Source: Candidatus Binatia bacterium
GTDB lineage: Bacteria > Desulfobacterota > Binatia > UBA12015
Assembly (NCBI GenBank): GCA_035651755.1
Contig: DASRFA010000057.1
Coordinates: forward strand, 52,054 to 116,053
DNA: 64,000 nucleotides
Reading direction: 5' to 3'
In this document: positions 29,654 through 40,823 of the stretch, piece after piece
How positions within the stretch are numbered: the stretch's first letter is position 1
How the letters are laid out: every line of letters begins with the position of its first letter
Translations under genes and position numbers: made by a program
Notes under the pieces: generated by a model
The model's database searches: none
The model's input: only the letters and a program-made list of their open reading frames with translations
Told to the model about the DNA's origin: nothing

Positions 29654-30010
29654 CCTCGGTCAACGGACGGATCTCCGCCCCGGTCGCGTCGCAAGGAGCG
29701 TACCTCTTCGCGGGACGGGTCTCCTCCGCCGGCTCGGGCGATGGCAGCGCTGGAGTTGTGGTGAGCCGTCCACCTTCTAATCGATGGGAACCGGCAGCGA
29801 TCCCGGTTCCCAATCGTTGGAGGGCGCCCTCGGCACCCCGCTGGCTCTCGTCGAGCGGCTCGCCGCTCTGGTCCACGGCTTTCGCCAGGAACGCGACGCG
29901 CGAGGGCGTCGGCGCGCGGCTCGAATCGATTCCCCGAAGCGGGCTTCCGGCACCTCGAGGAGAAGCCGAGACGAATTGTCCCGGGCCGTGCAAGTGCTAC
30001 GCGGCCGCCA

Positions 30011-30228
30011 TGGACACGATCGCGACGAAGTCCGGCCCGCTTTCCCCGGAGGAGTTCAAAGTCAGGGCGCGCTCGTTCATCGACGAACAGATGAACGCAG
30101 GAAAGGGCGGTCAGGCCGCAATCGAGGAGCTCATGCAGCAAGTCGACGAATCGTGCGAGCAATGGGCGCGAGAGTTGGCGGAAGAGGTCCTCCGTGAGCG
30201 CCTGCGGGCGAAGGCAGACCATCATTGA
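30011..30228 (+). CDS. Hypothetical small helical protein (72 aa).
   Basis: A locally lower-GC segment with a clean ORF MDTIATKSGPLSPEEFKVRARSFIDEQMNAGKGGQAAIEELMQQVDESCEQWARELAEEVLRERL. Confidence 0.35.
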
Positions 30229-30481
30229 TGGTCGAGCATTGAACCATGGTACTCGACTGAAACGCGAGAACGGCCTCTCCTCACGGTCGGGTCGTACGCC
30301 GGATCGCAACGCAGCGCACACGCCGCCGTGCCGACGGGACATGCGCTCGCCGCTCCAGTCCTCGACCTCATGGACGCTGCTCCGTTCGCGGCCGGTGGGT
30401 CGGCGACGAAGCGCTGATCACGGAACCGTCGCTGGACTCCGGCCCCGTACTCGGGCGATCATCCAGAGGGAGGCGACGAAG

Positions 30482-31732
30482 ATGGAACGCGTGACCGGCT
30501 GGCAGGGCGAGGTTTCCGCGGCTTCCGTCATTCGCAATCACGCCTCGGATCTGCGCGGCGTCACCCGGCTCGCATTCGACGCGACCGCCGGCGTGACCGC
30601 GCTCGTCGAGGCGCTCCACGTGGAGATCGCGCGCCTGCCGACCAAGCTGGGCGGGCCGATCGGAGAAGCCGCCGTGAACGGCGTGACGTGGCTCGTCTAC
30701 CGGAGCATCCACGGCGCCACGAGCGCCGTCGGCGGCGGCGTCGACCTGCTGCTCGCGCAGCTCGTCCCGATGCTGCGTCACGTGGAGTCGTCCCCGGCAC
30801 GCGAGGCCGCGATCGCCGCCCTGAACGGCGTGCTGGGCGACCATCTCGCCGAGACCGGCAACCCGCTGGCAATCGCCGCGCGGCTCCGGTCCGGCGGCGT
30901 GCCGATCGAGCTCACGCGGGAGGGTCTGGCCGCGGCCTTCCCTGCCCCGAGCGCGAAGGTCGTCGTGCTCGTGCACGGGCTCTGCATGAGCGACGTGCAA
31001 TGGACGCGGCGGGGGCACAACCACGGGACAGCGCTCGCCCGCGACCTCGGCTACACGCCCGTCCACTTCCACTACAACAGCGGTCGGCACGTCTCGACGA
31101 ACGGGCGTGGGCTGGCGGGGATGCTCGAGGCGCTCGTGGCCGCATGGCCGGTGCGGGTCGACGAGCTCGCGATCGTGGCCCACAGCATGGGCGGGCTCGT
31201 CGCGCGGAGCGCGCATCACTACGCCGGCGTCGCCGGCCACCAGTGGCGAAGCCGCCTCCGCCGGCTCGTGTTCCTGGGAACGCCGCACCACGGTGCCGCT
31301 CTCGAGCGCGGCGGCCACCGGCTGCAGCGGCTCTTCGAGCAGACTCCGTTCACGGCACCATTCGCTCGTCTCGGGAAGATTCGCAGCGCGGGCATCACCG
31401 ATCTGCGCCACGGCAACCTTCTCGACGAGGACTGGCACGGCCGCGATCGCTTTGCGGACGGAGAGGATGCGCGGCGGCCCTTGCCGTTGCCGGAGCGTGC
31501 GGCCTGCTACGCCGTCGCTGCCACGACGGGATCGACCGCGAATGACCTTCGAGGTCGGCTCCTCGGCGACGGCCTCGTGCCTCTCGCGAGCGCCCTCGGC
31601 CGCCACCGCGACCCGCGCTTGGCGCTCGCGTTTCCGGAATCGCACCAGTGGATCGCGTGCCGGACGGGCCACTTCGACCTGCTCGATCATCCGGGTGTGT
31701 GGCGTCGGATCCGCGCTTGGCTCGCGGATTGA
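30482..31732 (+). CDS. Alpha/beta-hydrolase, lipase/esterase-like (DUF676/PGAP1-like).
   Basis: VVVLVHGLCMS..., the nucleophile elbow IVAHSMGGLVARSA, ...FLGTPHHGA. The start is taken at MERVTGW, preceded by GAGGGAGG. Confidence 0.75.
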   Translation: MERVTGWQGEVSAASVIRNHASDLRGVTRLAFDATAGVTALVEALHVEIARLPTKLGGPIGEAAVNGVTWLVYRSIHGATSAVGGGVDLLLAQLVPMLRHVESSPAREAAIAALNGVLGDHLAETGNPLAIAARLRSGGVPIELTREGLAAAFPAPSAKVVVLVHGLCMSDVQWTRRGHNHGTALARDLGYTPVHFHYNSGRHVSTNGRGLAGMLEALVAAWPVRVDELAIVAHSMGGLVARSAHHYAGVAGHQWRSRLRRLVFLGTPHHGAALERGGHRLQRLFEQTPFTAPFARLGKIRSAGITDLRHGNLLDEDWHGRDRFADGEDARRPLPLPERAACYAVAATTGSTANDLRGRLLGDGLVPLASALGRHRDPRLALAFPESHQWIACRTGHFDLLDHPGVWRRIRAWLAD

Positions 31733-32100
31733 CGGCAGGGAACGAGGACCTGCCTCATCGGAGCTTCCAGCGCTTCTCCTCCTCGGCCCACGCGCTCGGG
31801 GTACGGCGCCCGCGTTTCAACGCCGCGGGCGGCGAGTCGCCGCGGCGGGCGCCGGTGGGCCGCTTCTGAGGCCCCACGAACGGCACGCGCCGGGCGAGGT
31901 CTCGTCTTCAAGTCTCCGTGGACGCTACCCGGAGAAACGACTTCGCCCGCGCGATGACACGCTCGACGCCTTTGGATGTTTCCACTCTGTTTCCGTTTTG
32001 GCCGGACGAACCCGAGTACGCCAGGCACGGAGGCCCGTCAGTCGCAGTTTCGTCCCGTTGACGGCGATCACACTCGCCTGGAACGGGCCCTGGGCGGCCT

Positions 32101-32136
32101 CTCAATCAGCGGGGTTCGATCCCGGGGCGGCCCATA
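32101..32136. repeat. Partial direct repeat of the tRNA-Lys 3' half (att-like).
   Basis: CTCTCAATCAGCGGGGTTCGATCCCGGGGCGGCCCA versus the tRNA 12379-12417. The core TTCGATCCCGGGGCGGCCCA matches 20/20 and AATCAGCGGG matches 10/10, with a 6-nt deletion between them. Confidence 0.7.
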
Positions 32137-32290
32137 GACAGAAACCTTGCGCATCACCCGAGAGGAGCAGCGTCGCCCCTGCGCGGTGGTCGTACGGCGC
32201 GGAAGACCAGCGCGCTTGAGCACTCGGTGGCTTCGAGGGGTCGCGAGCCGCATGTCGAGCCGGTAGCTCCCCACGCGATCCGGCCTCTCG

Positions 32291-33724
32291 TCATGGGGTA
32301 ATACTCTTGCCTTGTGGCGCCTCCACGCCGTTGAGCGTGAGCGTGTTGTTGAGCACGGCTCCGCTGACAGGATCGGTCACAGGATTGTCGTAATCGAACA
32401 TCACCAACTCACCGTCGGTGTCGCTGACCGCAAAGGTCGATGCCTCAGCAAACTTCTTGGAAATTTGAGGCGTCGTGCCGAATGAGACGAGCCAATAGGT
32501 GAACGTGAACAGCGCCGGCGCTCTGTCGTTTCCGATGAAGATGTTCCGTTCAAAATTCACCGCGAGACTTTGGATGAATCGGCGCGGCGCAGATCTTTGA
32601 GTATCTCCCGCTTCAATCGCAACACCGTACGCTCCGTTTCTGTCGCACGTGTTGCCGACGACGTTGGCCACCAGAGAAGAGGTCACGGGCTGGCTGGAAT
32701 CCGTGGTCGTGTAGGTGAGGTCGGGCCATATTCCCACCAACCGGATTCCAGTTCCACCAAACCGACTATTGGGGTCACCGTTGTCGCTCACGTCGTTTCC
32801 GTCCAGCGTCACGTTGAGCGTGTCTGGGATATTGTCCGCATCGGCGGGATTGTTCCGGTCGAACGTCGTCTGCAACGGCTCGAGAAGGGGAATGGAGTTC
32901 CCACCGGCGTCCGTGACCAACCTGACCCATCCGCCTACGGCACCTGAAATTCCGTGCGCGGCGTTTCGCGTTATCCTGTTGGCGCGAACCAAGACTGTCG
33001 CGGGTTGCGCACGGCTGCCACCGGTGAGGATGCTTCCTAGTTCCAGGTTGTCCGCCAGGAGATTTCGCTCGATGGTGCCGGAGGCCAATCGCGTCATCAC
33101 GCCAAACGCAGAACGCTCGACGACGTTATTCGTGAATCGGAACTCCGACACTCGGTCGATGAAGACGGCAGCACCCGGAAGATCGCCCAACTTTCCATCG
33201 AAGACGAATCCATCCAACGTCACGCCATCTCCTCGTGACCCATCGGCAGTTCGCGTGACGAGGACGAGATACTGGTTCGGTCGCAGCGCTACATCCGGTG
33301 CAACGATGCTTTCGCTGCCCGGCAACGTTTCGGTTGCAAGCCCACGCTCGTCGCGGGTCAAGACGGTGCTACCGAGCAGCGTAAGTCTTGGTATGTTGAG
33401 GATGATCGGCAGCACCTCGTACTCTCGATGCTCTTGCACTTCCGCGGCATCGAATGAGCCGACATACATTCCAGGGGCGACGTGAATCCGTATCTCATCA
33501 TCAGGAGCAATCGCGGCCGTCGCACGCTCAGCGCGCGCCCGGGCGACCGCGTCGGTGATCCGTCGATAGGGGTTCGCGGCGCTGCCGCTGGCGTACGGAC
33601 TGCCCGATGCCGCGACGTAGAGGTCAGTGGCAGTCTTGCTGTCCCCGCAGCCCGGAAAAATCACTAGCTGCACTACCACCGTGATCAACAACGCATAGTT
33701 TACATCTGTCGGCTGCGGCTTCAT
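32291..33724 (-). CDS. Secreted right-handed parallel beta-helix repeat protein (pectate-lyase-fold).
   Basis: The signal/lipobox-like N-terminus (LITVVVQLVIFPGCGDS), and many NxxxN/G-rich beta-helix rungs (NNVVERSAFGV, ANRITRNAAHGI, NVTLDGNDVSDNGD). GC is lower than the surrounding DNA. Confidence 0.7.
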   Translation of the reverse strand: MKPQPTDVNYALLITVVVQLVIFPGCGDSKTATDLYVAASGSPYASGSAANPYRRITDAVARARAERATAAIAPDDEIRIHVAPGMYVGSFDAAEVQEHREYEVLPIILNIPRLTLLGSTVLTRDERGLATETLPGSESIVAPDVALRPNQYLVLVTRTADGSRGDGVTLDGFVFDGKLGDLPGAAVFIDRVSEFRFTNNVVERSAFGVMTRLASGTIERNLLADNLELGSILTGGSRAQPATVLVRANRITRNAAHGISGAVGGWVRLVTDAGGNSIPLLEPLQTTFDRNNPADADNIPDTLNVTLDGNDVSDNGDPNSRFGGTGIRLVGIWPDLTYTTTDSSQPVTSSLVANVVGNTCDRNGAYGVAIEAGDTQRSAPRRFIQSLAVNFERNIFIGNDRAPALFTFTYWLVSFGTTPQISKKFAEASTFAVSDTDGELVMFDYDNPVTDPVSGAVLNNTLTLNGVEAPQGKSITP

Positions 33725-33736
33725 TGGCAGGTGACT

Positions 33737-34933
33737 CTACGCCGCGAAGTGATCGGTTAACGGCGTTTCAAATGAACGCGGCCCATCCGCGCTCTCGGCC
33801 TCCGATATCGCGTCGCCAACGGTCTTTACAAGCGCGCCCGAGGGGATGTGGGAATCGAGATCACACGGCCGTCGTCGATTAGCCATGCCGTGCGCTTCTG
33901 AGGGTGCCCGCGGGGACAGACGGTGCAAGATCACGACATCTGCTCCCACTCCTCGGCCTTCGGCGAGGTACATCGCGAGGTTGGGCTCGTCGCTCCCAGA
34001 CACATGCTCGGGACGCTTCGGAGCCCCGATCTCAGTGCGCTCGTGAATGCAGCGAGTTCGCCTGCGCTGAACGGGCGCATGCCGCGCAGGCGCTCGGCTC
34101 GAGCGTGCTTCGCGGCCCGGCGTCGCTTCCGGCCGTGCTCAAGGGCGCGCGTCGGGTTCGTTCCGAGGATCGCGTTGTCGACGGTGGAACTGAAGAGAAC
34201 CGACAACGTGGCGCGGGCGAGGCGAACCGTATTCTTGCCGAGCCCCTTGCGCCGCAGCGCTGTCAGGAACGCCTTCACGTGAGCGGCGTGGATGGCTCGC
34301 AACCCGGCGCCACCGAACGCGGGGACGATGTAGAGCTTGAGGATCTGCTCGTAGCTGCGGACGGTTCGGCGCGGAGGTGCGCACGCTCGTCCTCGATCCA
34401 GCGAGGCGCGTACTCGGCGAGAGTGATGTCCCGTTCCGAAGAGCCACGTAGCCCCATGAATCAGGCTCGCATACCGACATGCCATATCCACGTTCGAGGT
34501 GAAGAGCACAACCGCGCCGTTCATCGAGATTTGAGCAAGTTGTCGGCACAGCTCGGCCGTCGTCGTGAGACTGTGACGAATGACGGGGGTCAGGCGAGCA
34601 GAGAAGGTCGATCTCCTTGTGGAGTTGATGATGCCGACTGTTCTGCCTCTCCTTCGGATCCGTCCGCTCGAGCTCACGCAGGACAGCGACCACCTGGTCA
34701 AGGTCATTCGTGCCTTGAACGTCCACGTTGAGGCAGAGCGGCAATGCCTTGCGAAGGCGCTGTACCAGATGGCAGTCGTCGGCCTGGGACAGACCCTGAC
34801 CAGCAAGAACGACCAGCGGGCGATGGCTCATGTTCCGCGACCCAAGTCTGTCTGATTCGCGTGGAGGTGGACCGCCGACACCAATTGCCTCTTCCCTGCA
34901 TCGAGCTTGACGGACCTGTAGCGACCACGGCAA
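33737..34933 (-). pseudogene. Tyrosine recombinase/phage integrase, fragmented across at least 3 frames.
   Basis: A core-binding (SAM-like) domain is clear in one frame (RSYEQILKLYIVPAFG...HVKAFLTALRRKGLGKNTVRLARATLSVLFSSTVDNAILGTNPTRALE). Catalytic-domain-like pieces appear in other frames (RPFSAGELAAFTSAL; VVLAGQGLSQADD..LRK). Confidence 0.55.
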
Positions 34934-34967
34934 GCAGCGATCGTCCTACCGTGTCGGCGTGCACGCA

Positions 34968-35727
34968 TCAGTCGTCGTCCTCGTCGTCAGGATGAGAGCG
35001 AAGATGTTCCAGAGAATCTCGCACGTGAGCGATGAACTCGTCTGACGGAAGTACCTGCCCGTTCTGCGTCTTCGGGCCAGGGCCGAGGACCATCTGGCCG
35101 AGCTTCTTCTTCGTGTTTCTTCGATCCTCGAAGATCTCACCATCGAGCGTGGTCCAGCTGAAACTGCCGTGCAGCTTGTAGAGGCTGATCCCCCGCTGTG
35201 GCGTATCGAACGTTGCAGGATCCCACCTACCGGTGCGGCGATCAAATCCCGTGACAACAGGGGGCATCCGCCAACTCGCACGCCCGCTCGACGCAGAGGT
35301 CGTAGTTCAGCGTGAACACCTTGAGACGCTCGCCCGGTAGGAGTCTGAGCAGCGCCGCGAAGTAGCCGGGTTGCGGCTCAGTCTCGTTGACGATTTCGAC
35401 GACGGCGCGGTGCACGGTGTGGCTCTAGTACTCGCCGTAGAGCGTGCTGAGCCGACGGTCGTCGTACCAACCAAGAAGAGCGCGAAAATTCCGCGTCCGA
35501 CGAAACTCCTCCATCCAGAAGAACAGGCGCTCGAAGTTCGTCGTGACTGTCGGTTCCAACCAAGCAAGGCGGTCGTATACATCGCCGAACTCGTCGATCT
35601 CGGACCGAAGGCGTTCGACGAGTCGTGGCGTCAGCATTTCGGTGCTCGGAATGCCCGCGTCGACGGACGCGCCGGCACCCAGGACGACAATCGGGTCGTC
35701 GGGCGAGCTACCGGCCAAGGCGCACAA
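34968..35727 (-). pseudogene. SIR2-like (SIR2_2/DHS-like NAD-binding) domain protein, split by a frameshift or stop.
   Basis: N-terminal piece IVVLGAGASVDAGIPSTEML (Rossmann GAGxS) in ORF 35425..35727. A C-terminal piece with ISLYKLHGSFSW (the KLHGS motif) is in ORF 34968..35267, in a different frame. Confidence 0.5.
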
Positions 35728-36028
35728 TCCTCGTCATCTCCCTTCACCAGTAAGAGCAAGAGCTCAACCTTCCGCTTCGGTATGCCCTCGCCCAAGGTCA
35801 GCCGCGAATCGCAGCCCGCCACTCGCGGAGAGCGAGCCGGATCGGTCCCTCGAGGGACGTACCGTCACGCCGTTGGCGGACTGTCGCGAGCCGCGCCCTC
35901 GAGCGCGTGCAGACCATGCGTCCGGGCGTTCTGATTGCCGGGGGGCCCGCTGCGGCCGGGCTTCCCCGCACGGCTTCACGCCGGCAGCATGTTGGCGAAC
36001 CGCCCTTTTCGCGGGGCTGTAGATAGGC

Positions 36029-36058
36029 AATCAGCGGGTCGCGGTTCGCCGAGCCCGA
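36029..36058. repeat. Degenerate third copy of the tRNA-Lys 3' fragment.
   Basis: AATCAGCGGGTCGCGGTTCGCCGAGCCCGA: the first 12 nt are identical to the tRNA anticodon-stem/variable region, GGTTCG is retained, and the remainder has diverged. Confidence 0.35.
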
Positions 36059-36235
36059 TCGCAGCGCGTGCGAATTGGTGCCAAGCGGTATCGCGAAGCG
36101 GCCGCCCGGTAGCGCGGGTCGTCCAACCGGTTGTCGCGGTCCGCTTTCAGATCCCTTTGTTCAGACGAATGGCTTCCCAAGGTAACAGCGTGGTATGGGG
36201 AGCAAACGCCTGCGAATGGCACAGGAGGACCTGCC

Positions 36236-36961
36236 ATGCCGAAGCCTCTCATGTTACTCGCTGCGACGGCCGTCGCTCTCGTTCTCGGGGTGAGCGTCGC
36301 GCACGCCTTGACCCCGGAACAGCTATGCCAGAAGGGCCGTTATGATGCCGCGGCCAAGTACGCCCAATGCGAAGACAAGGCGATCGGGAAGCTCTTCGCC
36401 AGCAACGACCTGACGACGTTGCAACCGGCGCTCTCGAAATGCCGTGTGAAGTACACGGGCACCTGGTTGAGGCTACAGTTGAAGGCGCTCGGCACGGGGT
36501 CAACATGTGACAACCCCCGCTTCGCCGACAACGGCGGAACGGTCACGGACCGTCTCACGGGTCTGGAGTGGGAGAAGAAGACCGGCGATGGGATGGTGCA
36601 TGACAAAGACGACATGTACACTTGGTTGACTGCGAACGAGTATTTTCTCACGGGCAACGATCCTTTTCATGGGCTCAATAAATTTGATTCGAACTACATC
36701 TGCTTCGTGGACAACGAGTGTAACTGGCGATTGCCGACGCGGGCGGAGCTGCAAACGATTCTGTTAGAGCCCTTCGCGTGCACGACGAGCCCGTGTACCG
36801 CTACGATCTTCGGCACTTCGGTCGCGAGCTACTACTGGACGTCCACGACGCTCGCGGACAACTCGAACTACGCGTGGTTCGTCCGCTTCGACGATGGGAC
36901 CGTGGGCTACGACCAAAAGATCAGCTCGAATCACGTCCGGGCCGTGCGGGGTGGATTGTGA
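36236..36961 (+). CDS. DUF1566 (Lcl C-terminal domain) secreted protein, paralog 1.
   Basis: A signal peptide; NGGTVTDRLTGLEWEKK; NWRLPTRAELQTI; YYWTSTT; AWFVRFDDGTVGYDQKISSNHVRAVRGG. Confidence 0.8.
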   Translation: MPKPLMLLAATAVALVLGVSVAHALTPEQLCQKGRYDAAAKYAQCEDKAIGKLFASNDLTTLQPALSKCRVKYTGTWLRLQLKALGTGSTCDNPRFADNGGTVTDRLTGLEWEKKTGDGMVHDKDDMYTWLTANEYFLTGNDPFHGLNKFDSNYICFVDNECNWRLPTRAELQTILLEPFACTTSPCTATIFGTSVASYYWTSTTLADNSNYAWFVRFDDGTVGYDQKISSNHVRAVRGGL

Positions 36962-37408
36962 TCGATCATTCGACCATTGGTTGAGTTGACTCGATTCTTC
37001 GTTCTGGGTAGTCCGGTTTCGGATGCATCGCGCCGCCCAAGGGGCGGGCGCCCCTGGGAGGCATCGACGTCGGGCGGGTTCTCAGCCCGTGGAGGCCTTG
37101 ACCCCGATTCCCGCGATCGGCATCGCCGCCATAGAAACGGATGCCGCGAAGCGGCCGCCCCCTCGCGTCGCGGCAAGCCTTGGGCTCGAGCTTGAACGGA
37201 CCTCTCGACGAGGTCCCTCCGTTACGGGCGAGCGCGGACAATCGAATCGTCGCGCTCATCACTGCGTCGTTCGCGCGTCCTCGACGGCGACCGCCAGCGG
37301 TCGGCGCCGTAGGTCGATTCCGACGATAAACGTGCGCCCTCCCTCCTCTGCCAGTGACTCGTCACGCCGCGCCACTCGCGGACGTCGAGGCCCACGGGTG
37401 TCGTGTCG

Positions 37409-37876
37409 CTACTTCCTCAACAGCTCCGCCACGAGAACGAGCCTGCCGGAGTTGCCCGCCGCGTTCGAGATACCCTGAGACTCAACGGTCATCGGAAGCT
37501 TGTTGTTGTAGAACACGCCCGGGTGCGCCGCTTCGGCTTGAGCCATATCGAGGAAGAACGTTGCGCTCACGGCGCATATGTTGTTCGGACACGATTGCGA
37601 CACGGAATTGGGCTCGAGCCTCACGCCATTCGCCGTGACGATCAAAGAGACAGTCTGTGGGTTGGTGCCGCTATTCTGCTGCGCGCTCGCATGCACGACG
37701 AGGATCCGGCTCCTGCGGCTCGTCGTGAGATCCACGCTGGTGGTCTGCCCCGCGCCGCCGAGATTCAGATTTGTGGCACTCGACGCCGCAACGGACTTGC
37801 TCGGCGACACGTACTGATCGGCGGAGGCCGAGCGTACGACCGCGAAGGAGAAGACGAGCGCAAGGGCCGCGAGCAT
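37409..37876 (-). CDS. Hypothetical secreted protein. The start is uncertain; the ORF opens at 38002.
   Basis: Signal peptide MLAALALVFSFAVVRSASA, Ser/Thr/Asn-rich, with lower GC. Confidence 0.4.
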   Translation of the reverse strand: MLAALALVFSFAVVRSASADQYVSPSKSVAASSATNLNLGGAGQTTSVDLTTSRRSRILVVHASAQQNSGTNPQTVSLIVTANGVRLEPNSVSQSCPNNICAVSATFFLDMAQAEAAHPGVFYNNKLPMTVESQGISNAAGNSGRLVLVAELLRK

Positions 37877-38128
37877 CGCCGGCACGAGCCCGAACCCTCG
37901 ATGGCCGGGCGACCCGGTGGTCGAGACACGGCGGGCGCCCCGCAGCCGGGCAGCTGTCCTGGTCACGCTGCTGCCAGGGCTTGCGATCTTGAGGCCGATC
38001 ATCGCCGTCTCCTTTCGCTGCGGGCGGACTTGCGCTCGTTATTGGCTCTCTCCTTGAAGCACCACACATGCCACGCGCGCCGCACCGGTTTCGTCGCAAC
38101 CGGTGCGCAGAGACATGGCGCGATCGAA

Positions 38129-39045
38129 CTACGAGCCGCCTCGGACCGCGCGAGCCGAGTAGAGGTTGTACTTGTAGCCGTTGAACACGAGTCCATTGAA
38201 GAAGAACACGCTCCACGCATTGCGCCCGTCACCGGCAGTGGTCGACGACCAGAACGGCGCGAGCGATGCTCCGAGGATGGGATCGATGCAAGGACTACCG
38301 GTCCCACACCCCGTGGTGTCGAGGTCAATGATGGTCTGCAGCTCGACGATCGTCGGTAGCCGCCAGTCGCAACGACCCGCAAACCCTCCTGCCATGCTGC
38401 TCCCGTCCGTGCTGGTGCACGCGTTCAGCTTGTTCAGGAAGCTGGAGTAGACGGATCCATTGGGAACCGTCCCATTGATCGTCGCGGTCCAGTCGTACGC
38501 GTTGTTCACGTCGTGCGGATCCGGACAGGGATTAGCAGTGCAGTCGATCTGCGAAGCGGGCGTACCGGTCTTCTGCTCCCACTGGAGGCCCGTTCGATTG
38601 TCGGTCACCGTTCCGTCGCCGTTGTCCGCGAACCGCGGTACGGCTCCCACTTCCTCCGAGACGAACGCCTCGACACCGTAGGAGAGCGCGTCGACCCTGG
38701 GTCCGACGACGCTGGCATCGCCCTGCGGACAGATCGATCCGGTCGCCGCGCACTTCACCTCGGCCAGCAGGAAGGCCTTTTCGAATTTGCTCTGGCATTT
38801 CGCGAGGAGATCTGCCCGCGGCGGCTCCGGTTGCGGATCGAAGGCGCCGAGGACGTGCCTCGCCAAGACACCGGTTTGGCACTTCGCGAGGTTGCCCACT
38901 GCCTTCAGCTTGCTGGCCTGCTCCTTCAGCGGCGGCTCGGGCTGGGGATCGAAGGCCTGCGCGCAGAGTGGCGCGATGAGCATCGCTACAGCCGCAATCG
39001 AACTCCATCGTGCGGCTCGGATGGCTTTTCTCATGGCGGAGTCCT
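38129..39045 (-). CDS. DUF1566 secreted protein, paralog 2.
   Basis: A signal peptide; FADNGDGTVTDNRTGLQWEQK; DWRLPTIVELQTI; FWSSTT; AWSVFFFNGLVFNGYKYNLYSARAVRGG. There is a strong Shine-Dalgarno sequence (AAGGAGGA). Confidence 0.8.
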
Positions 39046-40078
39046 CCTTTACGCGATGAAACCTCAAAAATGGTTCGCGATAGCTGTTCCGCCGAGCAAC
39101 GCTCATGCCGGAACGACAAGCTTCTGCGCGCTGCATTTCAATTTCGAAGCCTTCCCACCCATGAGAAGGCGCGCTGCCCGGGAATCTGGCTCCGCAGGAT
39201 CGTGCCGGTACCCCCGAGCGGAGGAAACGGTCGAAGCGTCGGTCGCGAGCGACGTAGTGCTTCAGGAAAGGCACGGCGAAACTAAGGATGAGCCGATGAG
39301 CTTCGTCCTGCGAGATCGTGTCCGGTGTCTCGCAATTGCGAATCTCCGGCGGTTGCGCGAGCGGACACTCGTCGGCATACGCTGCGTGCCCCGCATTCAG
39401 AAGCTCGACGAAGTAGCGCGGGCCTTCGAGAAGATCGTACGTCAAGTCCTCGAGCTCTTCCCGACCGTAGAACGCGGCTGCTCCCAGTCGCTCCAGAGGA
39501 TCATCGTCGGAGTGTAGATGGGCGCGCGGCCGAGGAGCTGGCCGAGGTACTCGTCGGCGGCAGGATCGAGTGACCGGCCGCTCGTCCTCTTCTCTCGCGG
39601 AGGCCGAAGTGCTGCGGATCGCCCGTCCCGGCGAGCGCCGGGTACCAGACCGACGTCCGCAGATGTCTCGGCTCACCGGTCGTGACGGAGGTCTTGTCGG
39701 TTACGATTCGTAGGCATGGCCGAGTCCTCCGCCGAGAAGGGACGTTCGCTCGGCCCCGCCTGGTTGCTCACGGCGCGGTCCTATGGTCGATGATGGCTGT
39801 CTCATTGGTTGCAGGGTGCAGAGTGCACTCCTCGGTGGCACCAGACCTCCGGTCCTCGGTGGATTCGACGGGCAGAGCCGTCAGCACAGCGGCGTTTGCT
39901 CCTCGAGCTAGCGACGGATCAACGTGTCGAAGGAGCGGTTGAAGAAGCACGACGGCTTCGCTGGGAACTTCGCCGCGAATCGCTCGACGGAGCACTGCCC
40001 CTTGGTGGCGAGCGGGCACCCGAGGCTGAAGAGCATCGTCACCGCGGCGGCAACCTGGGTCACGATGGGACGAAGCTT

Positions 40079-40823
40079 TCACCAAAACGCTTCCCCTGAA
40101 CGGAGAACTTCACCAAGCTCAAGGTCCGCGTGTCCAGCTTCAGCTCTATCCGGGTGGATCGGTAGATCGTTCAGATTGGTCACCTCGAGCTTGGGCTTGG
40201 CGACGGCGACACAGCCGACGTCGAAACCGGCCACGTCCGTCGGTGTCGAGCGATCCGTCGTCGTGTCGTCACCGAGCTGGCCAGCAGCGTTGCTGCCCCA
40301 GGACGTGACGCCGCCATCGGCCATGAGCGCGCAGGTCTGGTTCCCGAGGAACCCGCCCGCGGGATCGCCCGGACCCCGGACGAGAGATCGGTGACGTCGA
40401 CGGGTGTCAGCCGGTTCGCGCTGCTGCCGTCGCCGATCTCGCCGAAAGCTTTGTCCGCCCAGTACTTGACGGCCACCCCCGTCGTGAGCGCGCAAGCGTG
40501 CCCGCCGCCAGCCGTGATCGAGGCGACCCCGGAGGAGAGGCCGGTCACACGACCGGCGTCAGCCGCTCGGTGGTCGTACCGTCGCCAAGCTGGCCAGCGC
40601 TGTTGCCGCCCCAACATTGGGCTCCCCGGGCGCTCGTTCCGACGCACGAGGAATCGTGGCCCGCGGCAATCGCTGTCGCGGTGAGTCCCGGTTGCAGATT
40701 CGAGCAGCGGCGACTGCGCACGTGTGGAGACCGTCCGACCCGATCACCTCGCCGATCATGGCGCGGGCCGGTGGACCCCGTAAGCAAGACCGGGCAGCTA
40801 CGGACGCTGCCGAGCGCCCGCAC
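40079..40823 (-). pseudogene. RCC1-repeat (beta-propeller) protein fragments, frameshifted.
   Basis: Three overlapping ORFs in different frames each carry RCC1 blades: SWGSNAAGQLGDDTTTDRSTP; GGGHACALTTGVAVKYWADKAFGEIGDGSSANRLTP; CWGGNSAGQLGDGTTTERLTP. Confidence 0.5.

Noticed and set aside
30368-31690. A 440-aa minus-strand ORF.
   Set aside because: Antisense to the lipase-like alpha/beta hydrolase, which has clear catalytic motifs.
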